Positions 17,349 to 25,061 of a stretch of 61,414 nt of DNA are shown in pieces. Where the stretch lies: contig JAZSNY010000018.1 of assembly GCA_045536625.1 (NCBI GenBank), forward strand, positions 1 to 61,414, given 5' to 3'. The notes beneath the pieces were generated by a model. That model made no database searches, was not told the DNA's origin, and was given only the letters and a program-made list of their open reading frames with translations. Every line of letters begins with the position of its first letter. The first letter of the stretch is position 1. Origin of the DNA: Candidatus Enterousia sp. (GTDB lineage: Bacteria > Pseudomonadota > Alphaproteobacteria > Rs-D84). The position numbers were made by a program, and so were the translations under genes.

Positions 17349-18992
17349 ATGCAAATGTATGATGTGATTGTTATCGGTGGTGGGCACGCAGGGGTCGAGG
17401 CCGCGGCAGCATCTGCACGACGTGGTGCAAAAACACTGTTATTAACCCAGGCAAAATCAGACCTGGGGGCATTGTCGTGTAACCCAAGCATTGGGGGACC
17501 CGGAAAATCACAAATGGTCGCAGAAATAGATGCATTTGGTGGCGTTATGTCACGCGCGGCCGATCGCGCGGGTATTCATTGGCGCACATTAAACGCAACG
17601 CATGGTGCCGCAACCCAGGCTTTGCGCGCACAAATCGACCGCGATTTATATCATGCGGCAATCGTGGATATTTTGGGCGAATATGAAAACCTGGACATTG
17701 TTTTTGAAGCGGTTGAAAATTTAGATATAAAAAACGCAACCGTTAACAATAAATATCGGGCGGGGGCAATCGTTTTAACAACGGGGACCTTTTTACATGG
17801 CATTGTTACACGCGGGCAAGAAAAGATTTCGTCGGGTCGACTGCAAGACGATGGAACATACCAGGCGGCGGACAAAAATATTTCGGACGTTTTGAAAGAT
17901 GCCGGATTTAAATTACTGCGTCTGAAAACCGGGACACCGGCACGCATAAAAAAAGATTCTATTGATTTTTCTGTTTGCGAAATTCAACCGGGGGACAGAC
18001 CACACGATTGGTTCAGTGATGGTGATGAAAATAACAATTATGATTGTGTGTGTTATATCACACATACAACCCAAAAAACACACCAGGTTATTCGTGATAA
18101 TATAAAAAATGCGCCCATGTACAATGGTGACATTGTTGGCACAGGGCCACGATATTGCCCCAGTTTGGAAGACAAGGTTATGAGATTTCCGGAACATACG
18201 TCGCATCATGTATTCTTGGAACCCGAGGGGTGGAACAGCGACCTGATATACCCAAATGGCATTTCAACCAGTTTTGGCAGTGACGTTCAAGACAAATGGA
18301 TTCGTACAATACCGGGATTGGAAAATGCGCAAATCGTTCGGTATGGATATGCGATTGAATACGATGCGATTGATGCACGCGCATTAAATGACAAACTGCA
18401 AAGCAAAGATATTCCACACCTGTTTTTCGCAGGACAAATAAACGGCACATCCGGATATGAAGAGGCGGCGGCCCAGGGATTGGTTGCGGGGGCAAATGCG
18501 GCGGCGTTTGCGTGCGATTTGCCGTATCTGGAAATTGACCGAACAAACGCCATGATTGGGGTTTTGATTGATGATATAACAACCCTGGGGGTTGATGAAC
18601 CGTATCGTATGTTTACTTCGCGTGCAGAATATCGATTAAGTCTGCGGGCAGATAATGCGATTACGCGACTGGGGCAAATTAGTATGCGTTTGGGGTTGAT
18701 TGATTTAAAATCTTATACAGAAAAACTGATACGCAAATCCGATATTATCGAAGCAAACGATAAATTCTATGCGGGATATATCGCACGCAATGAACGCGAA
18801 ATCGCCGCGTACAGACGTGATGCAGAATTAAAAATTCCGGCGGACTTTGTATATTCGGGATTACCGGGATTGACGAACGAATTGATTGAAAAATTGACCG
18901 CCACGCGACCGGAAAATATCGCCAGTTTGTCACGTATACCGGGAATGACCCCGGCGGGAATTATGGTCGTGCTAAGAAAAATCAAGGCATGA
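17349..18992 (+). CDS. mnmG: tRNA uridine 5-carboxymethylaminomethyl modification enzyme MnmG (GidA)
   Basis: YDVIVIGGGHAGVEAA FAD motif, EPYRMFTSRAEYRL, and C-terminal SRIPGMTPAG. At about 547 aa it is shorter than typical. Start set at the ATG at 17349. Confidence 0.9.
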   Translation: MQMYDVIVIGGGHAGVEAAAASARRGAKTLLLTQAKSDLGALSCNPSIGGPGKSQMVAEIDAFGGVMSRAADRAGIHWRTLNATHGAATQALRAQIDRDLYHAAIVDILGEYENLDIVFEAVENLDIKNATVNNKYRAGAIVLTTGTFLHGIVTRGQEKISSGRLQDDGTYQAADKNISDVLKDAGFKLLRLKTGTPARIKKDSIDFSVCEIQPGDRPHDWFSDGDENNNYDCVCYITHTTQKTHQVIRDNIKNAPMYNGDIVGTGPRYCPSLEDKVMRFPEHTSHHVFLEPEGWNSDLIYPNGISTSFGSDVQDKWIRTIPGLENAQIVRYGYAIEYDAIDARALNDKLQSKDIPHLFFAGQINGTSGYEEAAAQGLVAGANAAAFACDLPYLEIDRTNAMIGVLIDDITTLGVDEPYRMFTSRAEYRLSLRADNAITRLGQISMRLGLIDLKSYTEKLIRKSDIIEANDKFYAGYIARNEREIAAYRRDAELKIPADFVYSGLPGLTNELIEKLTATRPENIASLSRIPGMTPAGIMVVLRKIKA

Positions 18993-19044
18993 TAATTTTT
19001 TCCTGGTATTTATTTTTTGAATAGGTTATAGTCATTGGCACCAG

Positions 19045-19120
19045 GCCGGTGTAGCTCAGTTGGTAGAGCATCTCATTCGTAATGAGGGGGTCGTAGGTTC
19101 AAGTCCTATCACCGGCACCA
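19045..19120 (+). tRNA. tRNA-Thr (anticodon CGU)
   Basis: 76-nt cloverleaf: acceptor GCCGGTG/CACCGGC, anticodon loop TTCGTAA, T-loop TTCAAGT, encoded CCA. Confidence 0.95.
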
Positions 19121-19128
19121 GGAATTTG

Positions 19129-19152
19129 TAAATCCCCGTTTCGGGGATTTTA
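19129..19152. terminator. Bidirectional terminator between tRNA-Thr and mini-HTH gene B
   Basis: AATCCCCG-ttt-CGGGGATT followed by T-rich sequence. Confidence 0.7.
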
Positions 19153-19335
19153 TATTTCCAATGGTTTACGCGTGTTTATAACAACCATTATCTGTTGATA
19201 TATTGTTGGGGCAACCATGCCCGTACGTATTTTATGATAATCCATTTCCGATGTCAGCCCCAGTATGTCACACATTTGATATAATGGTATATTTTCAGAA
19301 ATACGAATACGTTCTATTGCATGGCCGACATTCAT
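19150..19335 (-). CDS. Mini HTH (XRE/Cro-like) protein, copy B
   Basis: 61 aa, MNVGHAIERIRISENIPLYQMCDILGLTSEMDYHKI...PTIYQQ. Paralog of 2862-3050. Start set at the internal ATG that aligns with copy A. Confidence 0.6.
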   Translation of the reverse strand: MNVGHAIERIRISENIPLYQMCDILGLTSEMDYHKIRTGMVAPTIYQQIMVVINTRKPLEI

Positions 19336-19357
19336 TGATTTACCCCGCGTTTCCATA

Positions 19358-19527
19358 TAAAGAAACCGCATTTGAATTTCAAAAGCGGTTGGAGGTTAAG
19401 AACTATCCAAGAATAGTGCCGTTTATTTATATATATCCCGGCCCTCCAACCAGGGTTGGAGGTTGTTTTATGTCTTGCCAGACATCTTGGAGAGGTTCTT
19501 ATACCCCACACCGGGATTGTTCCGATG
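19358..19527 (-). ncRNA. Structured leader/sRNA, copy B1 (ends approximate)
   Basis: Promoter TTGCAA-17-TATAAT; helices UAAGAAC..CCAAGA / UCUUGG..GUUCUUA and CCUCCAAC/GUUGGAGG; 3' CCUCCAACC; terminator AACCGC/GCGGUU. Ends about 25 nt before the HTH start. Confidence 0.55.
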
Positions 19528-19534
19528 CAACTTT

Positions 19535-19563
19535 ATTATATTTACATAAAATACAAATTGCAA
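19535..19563 (-). promoter_or_regulatory. Sigma70-like promoter of RNA copy B1
   Basis: Minus strand: TTGCAA (19563-19558), 17-nt spacer, TATAAT (19540-19535). Confidence 0.55.
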
Positions 19564-19571
19564 CCATTTGA

Positions 19572-19747
19572 TAAAAAAACCGCGTTTGAATTTCAAAAGC
19601 GGTTGGAGCTCAAACACTATCAAAGCGAATAGCGGGCTTATTCAATATATTCACCACACTCCAACCGATAAAGAGGTCGGAGTTTTTTACGCCACTTCTG
19701 GCGCGCTTTGACGGGCGTTTGAAACCCACACCGGGATTGTTCCGATG
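19572..19747 (-). ncRNA. Structured RNA, copy B2, orphan with no downstream ORF (ends approximate)
   Basis: Same architecture with covarying helices UUCAAAC..UCAAAGCG / CGCUUUGA..GUUUGAG and CUCCGACC/GGUUGGAG. Terminator AACCGC/GCGGUU + U7 abuts the B1 promoter. Confidence 0.5.
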
Positions 19748-19754
19748 TAACTTT

Positions 19755-19783
19755 ATTATATTTACATAAAATACAAATTGCAA
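19755..19783 (-). promoter_or_regulatory. Sigma70-like promoter of RNA copy B2
   Basis: Identical TTGCAA-17-TATAAT, lying within a 70-nt segment duplicated from 19505-19574. Confidence 0.55.
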
Positions 19784-19961
19784 CCATTTGATAATTAAAT
19801 GTTTTGGGTGGATATCAATACTTGCATTTTCTGTAAATACGTTGTAACCTGGGGCGTGATGAAACAAACAACAATAATTATTATTAAATAATGGACACTG
19901 CGCTTTGGCGGTGGCTGGGGCGCATGGGCGCCCATTTTTAATATAAAAACGGAGTATAATT

Positions 19962-22900
19962 ATGGCATACCCAAAAACAGACCCACGTGCAAACTTTCCA
20001 GAATTGGAACAGCAGGTGTTGGAATATTGGCGCGAAAATAATACATTTCATAAGTCGTTGGAGCAAACAAAACAGGGACATCCGTTTTCTTTCTATGACG
20101 GTCCACCCTTTGCCAATGGAACACCACACTGGGGACATTTGGGTGTGTCGGTGGTAAAAGATATGATTGGTCGTTTCCAGACAATGAACGGTCGGTTTGT
20201 ACGTCGCGAACTGGGGTGGGATTGCCACGGGTTGCCGGCGGAAAATTCCGTTGAAAAAAAACAGGGAAAATCAGCCAAAGACATTGTTGCAAGTGACGGT
20301 ATTTCGGCGTTCTGTGATATGTGCAGAACCGATGTTATGACATATGCAAACGAGTGGAATCGTTTTATTACGCGCATGGGACGCTGGGTCGATATTGGTG
20401 ATGAATATGGTTACAAGACCATGAATAAAAACTATATGGAATCTATGCTGTGGACATTAAAGTCACTGTATGAAAAGGGTCTGTTGTACAAAGATTACAG
20501 CGTGAATCCATATGACTGGGTCAATGGTACGGTTGTGTCAAATTCCGAAGCGTCCAGTGACTATCGCGAAATTGTTGATGATGCGGTAACGGTTTGGTTC
20601 GAACTGGAAAATGGTGACCGCGTGATTGCATGGACAACTACGCCATGGACGTTGCCGGCAAATTCTGCGTTGGCGGTAAATCCAAACATGGAATATGTGC
20701 GTATGCAGGATGAAGACGGCGCGGTTTATATTGTTGCCGCTTCGCGCCTGGGGGCATACGAAAAACAATTTGCAAATGCAACCCAGGTTGGTTCTGTTAA
20801 GGGGGCAGATTTGGTCGGGATGCACTATACACCGCTGTTCCCATATTATGCGGGCGGATCCGAATTATTATTCCAGGTAATACCGGCGGACTATGTTTCG
20901 GATTCTGACGGTACGGGTATTGTACACATTGCGCCGGCGTATGGGGCGGACGATTTTTGGGCGGCAAAAAATATTGATGCAAAATTCCCGGTACTGTTAA
21001 ATGTGGATGACTATGGCAATTTTGATGAAACGGTTGTGGATTTTGCGGGACAAAATATCTTTGCGGCGACGCCCGCTATTTTGGATTGGCTGAAAACAAA
21101 TGGACGATTGGTCAAAAAAGAACAATACAAACACAGTTATCCGTTTGGTGACAGATCCAAAGAAAAATTAATTTATCGCGCAACGGATTCTTGGTATATC
21201 GATGTGCCAAAAATTAAAGACAAATTATTGGCAAATAACGCGTTGGTTAATTGGACATCGGCCGGGGAACGTTTCCGTTCGTGGATTGAAAATGCACGCC
21301 CGTGGTCGATTTCACGAAATCGTTTCTGGGGGATGCCTTTGCCAATTTGGGAAAAAGACGGTGAATACAAAGTATTCGGGTCAATCGCGGAATTAGAAGA
21401 ATTCTTTGGTGTGAAAATTGATGATTTACATCGCCCAACACTGGATAAACTGACCAAGGATGGTTGGACGCGTATAACAGATGTTTTGGATTGCTGGGTG
21501 GAAAGTGGTTCTATGCCGTGGGCGTCACTGCACTATCCATTTGAAAACACAGACCGCTTTGCGGCGACATTTCCGGCGGACTATATTATCGAGGGCCAGG
21601 ACCAAACACGTGGTTGGTTCTATGCGCTGATGGTATTGGCGACGGCGTTGTTTGATAAGCCTGCGTTCAGGGCCGTGTCTGCAAACGGTATGGTGGTGGA
21701 TGAAAATAAGAAAAAATTCTCGAAATCATTGCGCAACTTTGTTGACCCAAGCGAACAGATTGAACAATATGGCGCAGATGCCGTGCGTTTATATATACTG
21801 GGGTCGAATTTTATGAAGGCGGAACCGGTGCCCGTCGATAAAGAAGGCAAGGTATTTGTTGATTCAACAAAAACAATTCAGACACCACTGTGGAACGCAT
21901 ATCACTTCTTTACATTGTATGCCAATGCAGGCAATGTGACCGCGCATGAAATAACAGATGGGACAACACCGTTGGATAAATATATCCTGGCCGAATTAAA
22001 TGTGTTAATCGGTGTTGTAAAAAATGCGCTGGATGAATATAAACCGGACGTGGCAATCAAAGAATTTGTGCGATTCCTGGATATCCTGAACAACTGGTAC
22101 ATCAGACGCGGGCGCGCACGTTTCTGGGATGAAGAACAGGCGGCATTTGATACGCTGTATACAGTATTGGTAAAATTCTGTCGCGTGATTGCGCCGTTTG
22201 CACCGTTTGTCGCAGAACATATCTATAAAAACCTGACCGGGGATGAATCTGTACATTTGACAGCGTTCCCAACGGCGGGTGTGGTGGATACAAAAATCGT
22301 AGAAGATATGCGACGTGTGCAATCAATCGTATCGGTTGGAAAACAGCTGCGTGAACAATATAAACTGCGCAATCGTTTGCCGTTAAATTCGCTGACCGTG
22401 GCGGGTGCAAACATGCCGGAATACGCCGATATTATCAAAGACGAATTAAATGTTAAATCGGTTAAGTTCGAAGAATCTTTTGGTAATGTGGCCGATAGTT
22501 TCGTTTACCTGATTACACCAAAGATTGGTGCACGTTTGGGTGGTGCGTTAAAGGAAATTATTCCGGCCGTTAAACGTGGCGATTATGAAATCGTGGGCGA
22601 TAAATTAGTTGCGGCGGGACATGAATTAATGGCGGACGAATTTGAAATGCGCCTGACCGTGCGTGATGGTATAACCGGCGCGGCATTGCCGGACAATACC
22701 GCGGTGGTTGTTTTGGACACAGATGTTAATTCAGAACTGGTGGCCGAAGGGTTGGCAAATGATGCGTTGCGCTTTGTCCAGGATACGCGCAAGACGGCGG
22801 GATTGGATGTATCCGACCGCATTGTGTTGACATACAATGCAGACCCTGCATTGGCAATCGCCATGGAACAGCATAAAAAACGTATTATGCGTGATGCACT

Positions 22901-22985
22901 GATTGTTGAAATGACAACCGGTGATGGTGAATACAGCACGGAAATAGAAGGTTATGCGCTAAATATTTCCGTTAAAAAGGCATAA
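19962..22985 (+). CDS. ileS: Isoleucyl-tRNA synthetase, type 2 (eukaryote-like) form
   Basis: FYDGPPFANGTPHWGHL (HIGH region), KFSKSLRN (KMSKS), 1007 aa, no C-terminal Zn finger of the type-1 form. Confidence 0.95.
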   Translation: MAYPKTDPRANFPELEQQVLEYWRENNTFHKSLEQTKQGHPFSFYDGPPFANGTPHWGHLGVSVVKDMIGRFQTMNGRFVRRELGWDCHGLPAENSVEKKQGKSAKDIVASDGISAFCDMCRTDVMTYANEWNRFITRMGRWVDIGDEYGYKTMNKNYMESMLWTLKSLYEKGLLYKDYSVNPYDWVNGTVVSNSEASSDYREIVDDAVTVWFELENGDRVIAWTTTPWTLPANSALAVNPNMEYVRMQDEDGAVYIVAASRLGAYEKQFANATQVGSVKGADLVGMHYTPLFPYYAGGSELLFQVIPADYVSDSDGTGIVHIAPAYGADDFWAAKNIDAKFPVLLNVDDYGNFDETVVDFAGQNIFAATPAILDWLKTNGRLVKKEQYKHSYPFGDRSKEKLIYRATDSWYIDVPKIKDKLLANNALVNWTSAGERFRSWIENARPWSISRNRFWGMPLPIWEKDGEYKVFGSIAELEEFFGVKIDDLHRPTLDKLTKDGWTRITDVLDCWVESGSMPWASLHYPFENTDRFAATFPADYIIEGQDQTRGWFYALMVLATALFDKPAFRAVSANGMVVDENKKKFSKSLRNFVDPSEQIEQYGADAVRLYILGSNFMKAEPVPVDKEGKVFVDSTKTIQTPLWNAYHFFTLYANAGNVTAHEITDGTTPLDKYILAELNVLIGVVKNALDEYKPDVAIKEFVRFLDILNNWYIRRGRARFWDEEQAAFDTLYTVLVKFCRVIAPFAPFVAEHIYKNLTGDESVHLTAFPTAGVVDTKIVEDMRRVQSIVSVGKQLREQYKLRNRLPLNSLTVAGANMPEYADIIKDELNVKSVKFEESFGNVADSFVYLITPKIGARLGGALKEIIPAVKRGDYEIVGDKLVAAGHELMADEFEMRLTVRDGITGAALPDNTAVVVLDTDVNSELVAEGLANDALRFVQDTRKTAGLDVSDRIVLTYNADPALAIAMEQHKKRIMRDALIVEMTTGDGEYSTEIEGYALNISVKKA

Positions 22986-23042
22986 AACGCACCTATCTTG
23001 GAACTGTTGCAGCAGCAAAAACAAAACCAGAAATAAGTAACA

Positions 23043-23696
23043 ATGACACCGGCACAATATTTTGATACAGTTATTCCGACCGTTGATATGACAATTCGGT
23101 CGGAACTGTATCATACAAATGAATTTAACTTTGCGGTGGCGGTGATATTGTCTGCCCAGGCGACCGATAAAAAAGTGAACGAAGTTACACCCGAACTGTT
23201 TCGCGTGGCACCAACACCACAGAAGATGTTGGCCCTGGGGATTGATGGGTTAAAAAGTCACATCCGGGTTATTTCATTTTTTAATAACAAGGCAAAAAAT
23301 ATTATTGCGTTGGCCGAAATGCTGGCGGCGGAAAATGTTACAGATACTTTCCCAGACAAATATCACAATCGCGATGCGTTGATGCGCCTGCCCGGTATCG
23401 GGCAAAAGACCGCAAATGTTGTTTGCAATGTTTTATGGGGCGCACCAAATATTGGCGTGGATACACACGTATTTCGTAATGCGCACCGTTTTGGATGGGT
23501 TGGTGATTGTGATAACACGCCCGAGAAGGTAGAGGCAAAATTGCTCTCAAAAATACCGCGCGAATATCACCCAATTGTAAATCATGTTATGGTTTTACAT
23601 GGTCGATATGTCTGCACGGCGTTGCGACCAAAATGCGAAAATTGTGCCGCCGCAGAAATTTGCCCATTTAGAAAAAAATTACTGATAAAATCATAA
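23043..23696 (+). CDS. nth: Endonuclease III
   Basis: HhH-GPD LPGIGQKTANVV and the C-terminal 4Fe-4S cluster CTALRPKCENCAAAEIC. Confidence 0.95.
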   Translation: MTPAQYFDTVIPTVDMTIRSELYHTNEFNFAVAVILSAQATDKKVNEVTPELFRVAPTPQKMLALGIDGLKSHIRVISFFNNKAKNIIALAEMLAAENVTDTFPDKYHNRDALMRLPGIGQKTANVVCNVLWGAPNIGVDTHVFRNAHRFGWVGDCDNTPEKVEAKLLSKIPREYHPIVNHVMVLHGRYVCTALRPKCENCAAAEICPFRKKLLIKS

Positions 23697-23704
23697 TGAT
23701 TTTA

Positions 23705-23830
23705 TATTACCTGGGTCCCGCGGGATTTACCCACAAAAATGTTCTTACATTTTTGCGGGGCCCAAACAAGCCGCGGGATGACAGTGGGATGGATAACCCA
23801 GGTTCCATGATGTGCCGCGGGATGACATGT
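23705..23830. repeat. Cluster of GC-rich palindromic repeat units (dispersed family)
   Basis: CCTGGGTCCCGCGGGA (23710-23725), GGGGCCCAAACAAGCCGCGGGATGACA (23757-23783), CCGCGGGATGACA (23815-23827). Related units occur at 45919-45944 and 60880-61085. Confidence 0.55.
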
Positions 23831-23855
23831 TCTTTAATATCTTTTACAACATTAT

Positions 23856-23886
23856 AAAAAAAACACCGGCGATTACCGGTGTTTTT
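23856..23886. terminator. Stereotyped bidirectional terminator
   Basis: AAAAAAA-ACACCGG-cgatta-CCGGTGT-TTTT. Confidence 0.7.
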
Positions 23887-23889
23887 ATA

Positions 23890-24162
23890 TTATTTACGCA
23901 GACCCAATTTTTTAATCAAGGCTTCGTAATCAGAAGGATTGCGTTTCTTGATATAGGCCAACAATTTTTTACGACGGTTAACCATCAACAACAGACCGCG
24001 TTTCGAGTGGTTGTCTTTGTGGTTTGCCTTCATATGTTCCGTCAGGTTACGAATACGTTCGGTTAACACTGCAACCTGGGATTCAACAGAACCGCCATTA
24101 TCTTTGTCAGATACTTTGTATGCCTGAATCAATTCAGACTTCTTTTCTTTTGTTACGGACAT
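23890..24162 (-). CDS. rpsO: 30S ribosomal protein S15
   Basis: 90 aa, ...[45 protein letters not shown]... Confidence 0.97.
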   Translation of the reverse strand: MSVTKEKKSELIQAYKVSDKDNGGSVESQVAVLTERIRNLTEHMKANHKDNHSKRGLLLMVNRRKKLLAYIKKRNPSDYEALIKKLGLRK

Positions 24163-24180
24163 TATATTTTCCTTTTATTT

Positions 24181-25056
24181 TTAAATTGTTCGTTTTGGAC
24201 GCAAACAATTTCCCGACACCACACCAATACCAATGAACATGTCACCCGTATAAATGCGATACAAACCATTTGCCACATCAGTTTTGATAAAGCCACCGTT
24301 TCTGTAAAATTCGGCATCTTTACAGATGAGATTCAGAACCGGAATGTCCCCCAGTCCAAAATCCACCGGTTTTAGGTTTTCACCAAAACTGCCACTATTA
24401 TTAAACATATTTTCCAAAAAATCAAGTTTTACGGCACTTTTTATATCAAAGCCATTTGCAGAGACGCGCCGTATCATGTCAACCGTGGCAAATGCACCAT
24501 ACTTTTTTGCGATGTCACGCGCAATGGATCGTACATATGTGCCAGTGGAACAACGCATCCGAAAATGCCAGGAACCGTCCCGCACCCCCAGGTATTCCAA
24601 TTCATAAATTTCAACACTGCGTGGTGGAATTTCAACAATTTTATTGTGACGTGCCAATTCGTGTGCACGGGCACCATCAACGTGTACCGCCGAATACATG
24701 GGTGGGATTTGCGATATATTCCCAATAAAATCGGGCAGGGCGCGTATAATTTGTTCGTCCGATAAAATAACATCATTACGATTTATTTCGCGACCCGTTA
24801 TATCCAATGTATCCGTTTCAAAACCAAATTGACAAGAAAACAGATATTCTTTGATATGCGGATTTGCATCCTGGACAAAGGGTATCATTTTGGTTGCGTC
24901 ACCAATCGCGATTGGTAAAACACCCGTCGCCATTGGATCCAATGTGCCAATGTGACCAAACTTTTTTGTCCCCAGCATTCGCGCAATGCGCCCCCCCGCC
25001 GTGCGCGAGAACAAACCAGAATCTTTGTCCAAAATTATCCATCCGGATTGTGTCAT
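24181..25056 (-). CDS. truB: tRNA pseudouridine-55 synthase
   Basis: GWIILDKDSG...HIGTLDPMATGVLPIAIG (catalytic Asp motif). Start trimmed to the ATG at 25056, just after the mutS stop. Confidence 0.9.
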   Translation of the reverse strand: MTQSGWIILDKDSGLFSRTAGGRIARMLGTKKFGHIGTLDPMATGVLPIAIGDATKMIPFVQDANPHIKEYLFSCQFGFETDTLDITGREINRNDVILSDEQIIRALPDFIGNISQIPPMYSAVHVDGARAHELARHNKIVEIPPRSVEIYELEYLGVRDGSWHFRMRCSTGTYVRSIARDIAKKYGAFATVDMIRRVSANGFDIKSAVKLDFLENMFNNSGSFGENLKPVDFGLGDIPVLNLICKDAEFYRNGGFIKTDVANGLYRIYTGDMFIGIGVVSGNCLRPKRTI

Positions 25057-25061
25057 CTTGT

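Noticed and set aside
19358-19794. CRISPR array or other short-repeat array
   Set aside because: There are only two tandem units of about 220 bp, each with a promoter and terminator. There is no short repeat/spacer periodicity and there are no cas genes anywhere in the window.
19203-19867. Track ORFs 19203-19571 (+, 122 aa) and 19610-19867 (-, 85 aa), and similarly 3047-3265 (-), 2978-3181 (+) and 60900-61163 (-)
   Set aside because: They lie across the structured RNA copies or the repeat clusters, are not conserved between the paralogous copies, lack SD sequences and have odd composition. I treat them as non-coding.
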